DNA from: an uncultured virus (IMG/VR IMGVR_UViG_3300032523_001510) | Lineage: Duplodnaviria > Heunggongvirae > Uroviricota > Caudoviricetes | Reading direction: 5' to 3' (one strand) | Virus record (IMG/VR): IMGVR_UViG_3300032523_001510 | DNA length: 20,000 bases | Shown: piece after piece, positions 1 through 7,811 of the stretch | How the letters are laid out: the number at the start of each line of letters is the position of its first letter | How positions within the stretch are numbered: the stretch's first letter is position 1 | Notes under the pieces: generated by a model | Databases searched by the model: none | What the model was told of the DNA's origin: nothing | Seen by the model: only the letters and a program-made list of their open reading frames with translations | Position numbers and translations under genes: made by a program

Positions 1-402
1 AGCAATATAAATAAAATATTTTTTAAATCTGTAAATTATGTCAAAGGCTTCGTGTCTTTGGCTGAATCTCAAGGAACAATAAGTGATTATTTTGGCAAGA
101 GAAGAACATTTACTGAAAATTTCTATAAGGCTCGCAATTTTTGTATTCAATCACCTGCGTCATTAATTTGTTTAGAAAAATTAGTTCAGTTATGGAAAAA
201 AATACAGCATAAGACTAGAATTTGTTATCATGTACATGATGGTTATTATGTATATGCACAAGATGATAATTGGAAAGAAGTCGCTATTGAAGCGAAAAAA
301 GTTCTTGTTAGTGAATCGCAAATATGTCCCGGCATGAGATTGAGAGTGGCTTGTCATGGGGGGACTAAATTAAATAACTTGAAGTCACTCGAAAAGCGAT
401 GA
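1..402 (+). CDS. C-terminal part of a family A DNA polymerase-like protein (5'-partial; frame open from base 1)
   Basis: Frame 1 has no stop from 1 to 399. GTISDYFGKRRTF resembles the PolA 'G.v.t.fGRrr' segment, ARNFCIQSPAS resembles 'a.N.piQg.aad', and HVHDG resembles motif C (VHDE). Confidence 0.7.
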   Translation, partial: SNINKIFFKSVNYVKGFVSLAESQGTISDYFGKRRTFTENFYKARNFCIQSPASLICLEKLVQLWKKIQHKTRICYHVHDGYYVYAQDDNWKEVAIEAKKVLVSESQICPGMRLRVACHGGTKLNNLKSLEKR

Positions 403-406
403 GTAA

Positions 407-970
407 ATGAAAGAGATATGCAATAATTTTCCAATCACATCAGAAGAATATTTTGAATTAGATAAAAAATTTGGCAAACTTTGTTATTACGCAGCACATC
501 AATTAAAAAAGAAAAATTCAAAAAACAATTGCGTTGAAGATATAGACGATATAAATCAAGAGCTTCAACTTTCTATTATTCGTGCTGGATCTTATTACAA
601 GAGACAGATTTATATTGAAAGTTCACTTGTGTTGGCCAAGGAACACATCAAGAAGACCGTAAAAAATAAAAAGTTAGTTTTAACTTTGCAAAATTTGTGG
701 AACAACAGGACTCGTCATGGGGCGAATAGACAAAAATTTGGACCTATTCAAGAAAAGTTATTAGACGAATTGATTAAAAAATATGTTCCCAAAGACATCA
801 GACCAAGTAAAACCGAATCGTTAAAAATTGACACAAAGTTTTCGACTTATTGTAAAGCAATTGTTTGGAATGGCCAGAAGAGCATGGGCAAGAAAATTAC
901 TAGAGAAAAAGCTATTCGATCAGGTTTGGTTAGTTTGTCTGAATACGATTATCTTGGTACGAATTTGTAA
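407..970 (+). CDS. Sigma-70 region 2-like protein (putative phage sigma factor) with a large insertion and no region 4
   Basis: EDIDDINQELQLSIIRA resembles region 2.2 (D..DL.QE..igli.A) and KFSTYCKAIVWN resembles region 2.3/2.4 (kFSTYA..wir). 187 aa. Confidence 0.5.
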   Translation: MKEICNNFPITSEEYFELDKKFGKLCYYAAHQLKKKNSKNNCVEDIDDINQELQLSIIRAGSYYKRQIYIESSLVLAKEHIKKTVKNKKLVLTLQNLWNNRTRHGANRQKFGPIQEKLLDELIKKYVPKDIRPSKTESLKIDTKFSTYCKAIVWNGQKSMGKKITREKAIRSGLVSLSEYDYLGTNL

Positions 971-1027
971 CTTCTGATATTGTTCTTCTGCTTAGTTAAT
1001 GTTATTTCGTAAGTAGGAGAAAGTAAA

Positions 1028-2530
1028 ATGAGTTTGACACCAGAAGAACAAGCGATAATCGAGTCGTTAACGAATCCAGAAACGCAACAGACGAAGTTTT
1101 CATGGGACGATATGTTCCAAAAGAAATTGCTTGGTATGTTGCTTACTGATAAATACATGTTGATTCAAAGTATCGACAAACTAAAGCCAGAATATTTTTC
1201 AAATGAAATACATGTTCTGATATCGAAAATTTTATTCGACTACTTCAAAGAAAAGAATTCTATTCCTGATCATTTTATAATGAACACGGAACTCACCTCG
1301 AAGATAAAAGACAAAGATAAAACTATTCAGTTGTATCATTGTGCTGAATTAGGAAGTTTATATAGCTATTATGTTCCCGGACTTGATACGAGAGAATACC
1401 TTATCGATAAGGTATTCTACTTTGCTAAAGTACAAGCGGTAAAAGTAGCATTTCACAATTGTCTTGAAAAAATGAAAAAGGCACCAGAGGAAGAAAAGAC
1501 TTGGGCGTATGTTTACGAGCAAATGCGTCAGTCTATGTTAATCGAGCGATCATATGAACCGGGGCTTGAATACTTTTTAAATATAGATTTGATGTTTGAT
1601 CGCATGGAAGATCAGTTCGCTGGTAAGGATAGATTCACATCTGGATTTCCTTCTATAGATAACAATTTGACTGGAGGTGGCTTATTTCATGGGCAAATAG
1701 CTTCGTGGATAGGATTGCCCGGTACTGGCAAGTCTTTGGCTCTTTCGAAGGCTGCTGTTGCTAATGTTCTTTTAGGCCATAAAGTTTTATATTTAACTAT
1801 GGAAATGGATGAGATAGGAATAGCAACAAGATTTACATCTCAATTTACAAAGATTGATATAAATTTATTAAAAGAGAACAGAGATCAAGTTAAGAGTACG
1901 ATTGAAGAATTTAAAAAGGACAAAGAAAATTCTAATCTTTTAATTGTAAAGCAATTTCCCGGTGGCATGATCGATGTCAATGGTATTAGAGCTTATCACG
2001 CTCAATTGCTTCTTAGAGGTTGGAAGCCAGATTTAGTTATTGTCGATTATGTAGGAGAAATGAAAGATGATCCGACTGTTAAGAAGTACGAGTCTGCTTA
2101 TAGAATATTAAGGGATTTAAGAGGTTTTGGAGTCGAACAAAATCATTGTACATTTACATGTATGCAGCCAAATCAATCAGCAGCAAAATTAGAATTAAAC
2201 GAATATATTGATGAATCAAACATAGGAACATCGTTTGATCAATACAAACCACTTGATGCTTTTTGGTCTATTAATCAAAAAAGTTCCGAGAAGGATGCTG
2301 AAATAGGAAGGGTATTTGTTATTAAGCACAGAAATGGACAATCAAGGTATAATTTCAAAATAGGATTTGATTTATCCATGGGTACATTGGATTTGTATGA
2401 AATAACAAATGAAAAATATAAAGAATTATTTAGCACTTCGAATTCTCATAAAACAGAAGATTTAAATTTCGATCAGTTTAAGGCTGGCGGGAAAAAGAAA
2501 AAATCTGAATCATTTGATGACGAAGAATGA
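1028..2530 (+). CDS. Replicative DNA helicase, DnaB/T4 gp41-like (SF4)
   Basis: N-terminal LKPEYF DnaB-like domain, Walker A GLPGTGKS, LYLTMEM, IVKQFP, Walker B VIVDY, KHRNG arginine finger. SD AGGAG at about 1015-1019. Confidence 0.92.
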   Translation: MSLTPEEQAIIESLTNPETQQTKFSWDDMFQKKLLGMLLTDKYMLIQSIDKLKPEYFSNEIHVLISKILFDYFKEKNSIPDHFIMNTELTSKIKDKDKTIQLYHCAELGSLYSYYVPGLDTREYLIDKVFYFAKVQAVKVAFHNCLEKMKKAPEEEKTWAYVYEQMRQSMLIERSYEPGLEYFLNIDLMFDRMEDQFAGKDRFTSGFPSIDNNLTGGGLFHGQIASWIGLPGTGKSLALSKAAVANVLLGHKVLYLTMEMDEIGIATRFTSQFTKIDINLLKENRDQVKSTIEEFKKDKENSNLLIVKQFPGGMIDVNGIRAYHAQLLLRGWKPDLVIVDYVGEMKDDPTVKKYESAYRILRDLRGFGVEQNHCTFTCMQPNQSAAKLELNEYIDESNIGTSFDQYKPLDAFWSINQKSSEKDAEIGRVFVIKHRNGQSRYNFKIGFDLSMGTLDLYEITNEKYKELFSTSNSHKTEDLNFDQFKAGGKKKKSESFDDEE

Positions 2531-2613
2531 TTATAAATTTTTCAAACTAGCATTGATTAAATTTAATTATATATTTTAATGTGTGTGTACGAACATCAAA
2601 CGAGGTAATTCAA

Positions 2614-3114
2614 ATGTCAGACGAAATTCCGAACGAATGCATTGTTGTCGTGGTATGTGGTAAAGATGTCAGGTTAGATCCAGAATACATGAAATTCAAT
2701 GAAGCTAATATCAATAAATTCATGGAACAAGAGTATGGATGGATTGATTACTTTGGAAAACAACTTGAATTGGCTCAGAAGGAATTAGCCTTGGCATCAT
2801 TAGAATATGATGTTCTGTATAACGAAAAATACATTCAAGTTAAAGATCAGGGAAATTCCGACACATATTCAAAGGCTAAAGCTCAAACAGATACTGTGGT
2901 TATCGATAGTTATAAAAAAATGCTTTCAAAGCGAGAAACGGTTGGTCTTATAAAAGCATATCTTAGAGCTTGGGATAGAAATCATGATAATGCTCAAAAT
3001 CGTGGTCATACTCTTAGAAAAGAATTCGAAAAGCTGAAAGATACTAGGTCTGCTGATTTTCCAGATGTAAGTTACAATCAAGACAAGCAAATAGAGGACA
3101 TATTAAATGGCTGA
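2614..3114 (+). CDS. UvsY-like recombination mediator / coiled-coil protein
   Basis: ATG at 2614 has a GAGGT SD, preferred over the track start at 2581. Helical protein whose pattern and size fit T4 UvsY-like proteins. Lies next to the helicase, in a window that also encodes gp32 and UvsX/RecA. Confidence 0.55.
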   Translation: MSDEIPNECIVVVVCGKDVRLDPEYMKFNEANINKFMEQEYGWIDYFGKQLELAQKELALASLEYDVLYNEKYIQVKDQGNSDTYSKAKAQTDTVVIDSYKKMLSKRETVGLIKAYLRAWDRNHDNAQNRGHTLRKEFEKLKDTRSADFPDVSYNQDKQIEDILNG

Positions 3115-3637
3115 TTTTGAAAATGCAAAGCATTATTCCTTTTCAGACCACCAACTCGAACAAAACATATTATTTTGGCTGTGTGCCGAAGATAATGATA
3201 TTTTGAACGTTGCTAAAAATTTAAATGCATTTTTAGATAAATGGAATGATAAAGGAAAACTTTCTCCTTTTCAAAGCATAAGAAGCATGGTTGATAAAAC
3301 AAATGTTCCATTGGAAATTAAAAACTTTGCGATAAAAGATCATAACGAAAAAGCTATAGTTTTTATACTCCTTGCTTTTTCTGGAATCAATCTTCGCACT
3401 TGTTCGTTTAAAGAATTTTTAAAAGTAAAAGGATTGAAAAACAATGTCGTTAAATGTTTTTTAATTCATACAAGACAGCTTTGCGTTGAAGATTATACTT
3501 ATGAAATAAGTTCGAACAAACCAGAAACAAAAAAAACAATTAATTCAAAGGAACAAAAATCTAAGGACATCATAGACAACAGAGAAATGTTAGATTTTGA
3601 TTTAAGTGTATGGAACATTATCAGGAAAAATAAATGA
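3107..3637 (+). CDS. Hypothetical protein, possibly a degenerate HhH DNA glycosylase (Ogg-like)
   Basis: LRTCSFKEFLKVKGLKNNVVKCFLIHTR resembles an HhH hairpin (L..ikGiG.K.a..FL) but lacks the second Gly and the catalytic Lys. Overlaps both neighbouring genes. Confidence 0.35.
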   Translation: MADFENAKHYSFSDHQLEQNILFWLCAEDNDILNVAKNLNAFLDKWNDKGKLSPFQSIRSMVDKTNVPLEIKNFAIKDHNEKAIVFILLAFSGINLRTCSFKEFLKVKGLKNNVVKCFLIHTRQLCVEDYTYEISSNKPETKKTINSKEQKSKDIIDNREMLDFDLSVWNIIRKNK

Positions 3638-4362
3638 TAGATGTTAATAGGATTTACAATGAAGATTGTCTTGAAACAATGTCGAGAATGCATGATGGAT
3701 TTGTTGGATTGACTGTGACGAGTCCTCCATATGATAATTTGCGTATTTATAATGGTTATGTTTTTGATTATAAAAAAACAGCGGAAAGTTTGTATAGAGT
3801 GACTAAATCTGGAGGTGTCGTTGTTTGGGTTATTGCCGATGGAAGTGTAGATGGTGGAGAAACAGGAACTAGCTTTGAACAAGCTCTTTATTTTAAGAAT
3901 ATAGGATTTAAAATTCACGACACTATGATTTATGAAAAAACAGGATTCTCAAATCCAAGTTCGACTAGGTATCATCAAGTTTTTGAATATATGTTTGTGT
4001 TCAGTAAAGGTTCTCCTAAAACATTCAATCCAATAAAAGATAGAGAAAACAAATACAAAGGAGTTCATGGTGGCGAAAGATCTTTTCGTGAAGATTTTGG
4101 CATGAGATATAACGTTTGGAAGTACGCTAATGGTGGAGGCAATACTTCGAAAGACAAAGAAGCGTTTAAACATCCAGCCCCAATGCCAGAAAAACTTGCT
4201 AATGATCATATAGTTAGTTGGAGCAACGAAGGCGATTTAGTCTATGACCCTTTCATGGGAAGTGGAACTACAGCTAAAATGGCCATCCTAAACAAACGTA
4301 ACTTTATAGGTAGCGAAATATCAAAGGACTATTGCGATATCGCAGAGAAAAGAATTGGGTAA
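3634..4362 (+). CDS. DNA methyltransferase, N4-C/N6-A beta class (copy 1)
   Basis: NEDCLETM, catalytic TSPPY, HPAPMP, SAM-binding DPFMGSGTT, FIGSEIS. ATGA overlap with the upstream gene. Confidence 0.93.
   Translation: MIDVNRIYNEDCLETMSRMHDGFVGLTVTSPPYDNLRIYNGYVFDYKKTAESLYRVTKSGGVVVWVIADGSVDGGETGTSFEQALYFKNIGFKIHDTMIYEKTGFSNPSSTRYHQVFEYMFVFSKGSPKTFNPIKDRENKYKGVHGGERSFREDFGMRYNVWKYANGGGNTSKDKEAFKHPAPMPEKLANDHIVSWSNEGDLVYDPFMGSGTTAKMAILNKRNFIGSEISKDYCDIAEKRIG
4291..4358 (+). repeat. 68-bp direct repeat, copy 1 (3' end of MTase 1)
   Basis: aacaaacgtaactttataggtagcgaaatatcaaaggactattgcgatatcgcagagaaaagaattgg matches 4911-4978 at 63 of 68 positions (offset 620). Confidence 0.95.
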
Positions 4363-4368
4363 AAATTT

Positions 4369-4929
4369 ATGAAAAATTATGAAGATAGACAAGAAGCAAA
4401 AAAAGCAAAATCTGAAAAGTGGATAACAGAATGTGTTGACTTTTGGATTGATAAAATTGATGAATGTGATCTTGGAACTGATTTTTCTGAAGCAACAACA
4501 AATTGCTGGAGATGTGGATACTTAAGAAAACTTCAAAAATGTCACATCATTCCCAAAAGTCTTGGTGGTGAAGACAAACCAGAAAATATCATTCCACTAT
4601 GTTTACAATGCCATGATGAAATGCCAGATGTCCGTGACAAAGAAGAAGTCTTTAAATGGATCAAATCTAGTCATGGAACTATTTATGATACATTTTGGGC
4701 GGAAATTTCATTTGAAATGGCAGATTGCAATTTAGATGATGCTTTTAAAAATGTTGACAATCCAAAGGCTAAAATGGATTTTTTTATTGAAAGAATTAAA
4801 TTTTATTCGGGAGAAACATCATCTCATTTTGGGCAATCATCTGGTGGATCTAGAATGAAACCTTCTACAAGAGCATGGGTTATAAAAAAATCTTTTTCTG
4901 ATACATTTAAAACAAACGAAACTTTATAG
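4369..4929 (+). CDS. HNH endonuclease, probably a free-standing homing endonuclease
   Basis: CWRCG...CHIIPKSLGGEDKPENIIPLCLQCH is a classic HNH with a CxxC...CxxC zinc site. Flanked by direct repeats. Confidence 0.88.
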   Translation: MKNYEDRQEAKKAKSEKWITECVDFWIDKIDECDLGTDFSEATTNCWRCGYLRKLQKCHIIPKSLGGEDKPENIIPLCLQCHDEMPDVRDKEEVFKWIKSSHGTIYDTFWAEISFEMADCNLDDAFKNVDNPKAKMDFFIERIKFYSGETSSHFGQSSGGSRMKPSTRAWVIKKSFSDTFKTNETL

Positions 4930-4978
4930 GTAGCGAAATATCAAAAGATTACTGCGATATCGCAGAGAAAAGAATCGG
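4911..4978 (+). repeat. 68-bp direct repeat, copy 2 (orphaned MTase 3' end)
   Basis: Translates NKRNFIGSEISKDYCDIAEKRIG, identical to the MTase 1 C-terminus. It ends at the GGAGG SD of MTase 2. Confidence 0.95.
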
Positions 4979-4989
4979 AGGCATCACAA

Positions 4990-5763
4990 TTGATAAATAA
5001 AATACACAACGAAGATTGCCTCGATACTATGGCTAGAATGCCAGATGATTTTATCGATTTAACTATAACATCTCCTCCTTATGATAATCTTAGAACATAT
5101 GATGGATATTCATTTGATTTTGAAAGAACAGCAAAAGAGTTATATCGAGTAACAAAGCAAGGTGGTGTTTGTGTTTGGGTGGTTGGCGATGCGACAATTA
5201 ATGGAAGCGAAACTGGAAATAGCTTTAGGCAAGCCATTGGTTTTTTGAATATAGGATTTAATTTGTTTGACACAATGATATACGCCAAGCCACCAAGAGG
5301 TGCAGTCGGAAACAACAAGTCATATTGGCAAACATTTGAATATATGTTTGTTTTATCTAAGAATAAGATAAAAAAAATCAATCTTATATGCGATAGAAAA
5401 AACAAAGAGAGTAGAGATGGCGATAAAGGAACTAAACGGACAAAAAGCGGAGAACTTAAAAATGTAAGTCGTTCTGGATATGGAACGACAGGAAGAAGAA
5501 CTAATATATGGCAATACAATACTGGAAAAGGACACTCGACAAAAGACAAAATAGCGTTTAATCATCCTGCAATATTTCCAGAGCAACTTGCTAATGATCA
5601 TGTAGTTAGTTGGAGCGATGAAGGCGATTTGGTTTATGATCCTTTTGCTGGAAGTGGTACTACTTTAAAAATGGCATTACTCAATAGAAGAAACTTTATC
5701 GGCAGTGAAGTTTCTAGTGAGTATTGCCAAATTGCAAATCAGAGAATTGGAGATTTAAAATGA
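4990..5763 (+). CDS. DNA methyltransferase, N4-C/N6-A beta class (copy 2)
   Basis: TTG start with GGAGG SD at 4977-4981; TSPPY, HPAIFP, DPFAGSGTT motifs. Paralogous to 3634..4362. Confidence 0.93.
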   Translation: MINKIHNEDCLDTMARMPDDFIDLTITSPPYDNLRTYDGYSFDFERTAKELYRVTKQGGVCVWVVGDATINGSETGNSFRQAIGFLNIGFNLFDTMIYAKPPRGAVGNNKSYWQTFEYMFVLSKNKIKKINLICDRKNKESRDGDKGTKRTKSGELKNVSRSGYGTTGRRTNIWQYNTGKGHSTKDKIAFNHPAIFPEQLANDHVVSWSDEGDLVYDPFAGSGTTLKMALLNRRNFIGSEVSSEYCQIANQRIGDLK

Positions 5764-6221
5764 ATGAAAAAATACTGCCGATAAGAAAAAAAAACTTAAA
5801 CGACTTAATTGAATTAGAGTCCATTTGTTTTCCGACACCTTGGATCGAAAAAGATTTCAAAGTTATTTTGACAAGGGAAAAGACAGCAGCGTTTTATTAT
5901 GAGTTAGATAATAAAATGATAGGATATATTATTTACGAAATGAAGCCAAAGCATGTGTTGCTTGTTAATTTCGCAGTACATCCCGATTATAGAAACAAAA
6001 AAATAGGAACAGAATTATTAGATTTTTTAACATCTAAATTGAATCATAAAACTAGATTTGAAATCATTTGCTATGTTGACGAATATAATTTAAATGCACA
6101 GCTTTTTTTAAAAAAAAGAAGTTTTTTTGCCACTCACAATATAAAGAATTTTTTCGAGAATGATTCTGGGGCTATATATTTCATGTATTCTCTTCCTCCT
6201 AAAAAAGAAAGCAAAAAATGA
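5760..6221 (+). CDS. RimI-like GNAT acetyltransferase
   Basis: ATGA overlap start at 5760. LESICFPTPW, GYIIYE, acetyl-CoA motif NFAVHPDYRNKKIG, VDEYNLNAQLF. Confidence 0.85.
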   Translation: MNEKILPIRKKNLNDLIELESICFPTPWIEKDFKVILTREKTAAFYYELDNKMIGYIIYEMKPKHVLLVNFAVHPDYRNKKIGTELLDFLTSKLNHKTRFEIICYVDEYNLNAQLFLKKRSFFATHNIKNFFENDSGAIYFMYSLPPKKESKK

Positions 6222-6709
6222 ATTTCAATGAAATATTTGAATCTGAAGAATTGTCATCTTATAAACCTTCTAGTGATGAAAAGTGGGATTATAGATTTTT
6301 GGAATTGTGCAAATTAGTTTCGTCTTGGTCTAAAGACCCAAGCACTAAGGTTGGTGCTGTAATTGTAGATCAAGATAAAAGAGTTGTGTCTTTGGGATAT
6401 AATGGATTTCCAAAAGGCGTTAGTGATTTTGATTCAAGATACGATGATAGAAATTTAAAATATAAATATGTTGTTCATGCAGAAAGAAATGCAATTATAT
6501 TCGCAAAGACAGATTTGAAAGATTGTATTATTTATACATGGCCTTTAATGCCATGTTCTGCTTGTGCTGGAATTATAATTCAATCTGGAATTAAAAAAGT
6601 TATAAGTGTCGTGAACGACAATGAAAGGTGGAACGAAGAGTTTGAATTTTCAAAACAAATGTTTAATGAAGTTGGAATTGAATTGGAATTAAAAAAGAGA
6701 TTCGAGTAA
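6218..6709 (+). CDS. dCMP deaminase (cytidine deaminase fold)
   Basis: SKDPSTKVGAVIV, GYNGFPKG, HAERNA and PCSAC zinc motifs. Confidence 0.93.
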   Translation: MNFNEIFESEELSSYKPSSDEKWDYRFLELCKLVSSWSKDPSTKVGAVIVDQDKRVVSLGYNGFPKGVSDFDSRYDDRNLKYKYVVHAERNAIIFAKTDLKDCIIYTWPLMPCSACAGIIIQSGIKKVISVVNDNERWNEEFEFSKQMFNEVGIELELKKRFE

Positions 6710-6725
6710 ACTCAAATCTCTTTTT
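6691..6725. terminator. Bidirectional intrinsic terminator between convergent genes
   Basis: Inverted repeat aaaaaagagatt(c)gagt-aa-actc(a)aatctcttttt, with an A-tract on one side and a T-tract on the other. Confidence 0.75.
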
Positions 6726-6742
6726 GTATTATTGAGCTAAAA

Positions 6743-6967
6743 TTAGCCTTCAATTATACCGTCTACATTGAGTAGAGTTTGTTCGACATCGTTGAATTCT
6801 TCGCCATCGATAACGCTTACTGATTTTCGTGCGCCAGCAGTACCAACTTCTAAGCAATTGATGGTTCTCTGAAGAGAATTGCCATTTGCGTCGATAGAGG
6901 TGTCTAGGCCACTTTCGGTAGCGAAATTCAACAATGAAGGAACTAGTTTTGCAATGTAATCTGCCAT
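6743..6967 (-). CDS. Small acidic hypothetical protein (74 aa), probably highly expressed
   Basis: Strong SD context AAGGAGATATATC-ATG. Natural protein composition, and it ends just before the terminator. Confidence 0.75.
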   Translation of the reverse strand: MADYIAKLVPSLLNFATESGLDTSIDANGNSLQRTINCLEVGTAGARKSVSVIDGEEFNDVEQTLLNVDGIIEG

Positions 6968-7037
6968 GATATATCTCCTTTTTGTTTATAAACAACTGTA
7001 TCAAAATACATATTTCAATACTTTATCTATATATCTA

Positions 7038-7799
7038 TCATAAAAAGAATATTTTTTTGTTATTTTCGGTATTGTCTAGCGGGTAATCGTATTTTTTGCA
7101 TATTTTTTCGAATTCGCTTGCGTGTTCGTTAGTTAGCTGTCTTTTTTTAATTGGTATCTCGTTGCCTTTTCTCCAAGAATTCTCTTTAGTGTTTTCAAAA
7201 CATTTGTTGTTATTTTTTTCTTTTTTTAAAAAGTTTAACAATTCGTTGTTTATTTTTTCTTCTGATTTAAAAATTATATAATCTTTATTTTCTTTAAGTT
7301 GTTTTTCTATAATTTCATGCCATTTAATCATAAAATGTACACATTTATTTAATGGACTTTCTGTGTTTTTTATATTTGAAATATTTTTTTCGCAAAAATC
7401 AATATATGGCTTTGATTCTTTGATAGGCTCGTTCCACATGTGGGCGCATAGAAAAAAAGATGTCAATGTATTCCAAGGATCTCTTACCACGAATATAATT
7501 TTTGTATTTTTTAAAACAGGATCGTTCAAATAAGGTGCCGACATATAGCTTGATTCTGCGATAATATTTTTCGGATCAAATTCGAAATCTCTTTTTTTAT
7601 TTGTTTTTAAATCTATTAACGAACAATAACTCGTGGTTGGTTGTATTTCTCCTTTAATGATTTTTTTTGCATGTTCTAATCCTTGTGGTTTGAAAATAGA
7701 TTCGTGTCCACACATAATGTTTAGACTTGTTAGCAATCTACACATATAAGTTGTTGCACCTTTTGGTAAACCAGTCACTAGATATTTCAATTCGATCAT
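7038..7799 (-). CDS. Sulfotransferase-family protein (P-loop, PAPS-binding-like)
   Basis: VTGLPKGATTYM resembles the 5'-PSB motif and IFVVRDPWNTLTS resembles the 3'-PB motif (RDP...S). CGHE segment present. Confidence 0.7.
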   Translation of the reverse strand: MIELKYLVTGLPKGATTYMCRLLTSLNIMCGHESIFKPQGLEHAKKIIKGEIQPTTSYCSLIDLKTNKKRDFEFDPKNIIAESSYMSAPYLNDPVLKNTKIIFVVRDPWNTLTSFFLCAHMWNEPIKESKPYIDFCEKNISNIKNTESPLNKCVHFMIKWHEIIEKQLKENKDYIIFKSEEKINNELLNFLKKEKNNNKCFENTKENSWRKGNEIPIKKRQLTNEHASEFEKICKKYDYPLDNTENNKKIFFL

Positions 7800-7811
7800 T
7801 TAAGGAATTTT

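Noticed and set aside
4291..4978. Direct repeat pair as a diversity-generating retroelement TR/VR
   Set aside because: Mismatches include C/T changes and are all synonymous rather than adenine-specific, and there is no reverse transcriptase in the window.
4291..4978. Repeat as a CRISPR array or IS target-site duplication
   Set aside because: Only two copies, 68 bp long, protein-coding in origin, and with no transposase or terminal inverted repeats.
3634..5763. Bona fide type II restriction-modification system (two MTases plus HNH restriction enzyme)
   Set aside because: Not excluded, but the flanking duplication indicates the HNH is a later insertion into a pre-existing MTase pair, so a homing-type origin is more parsimonious.
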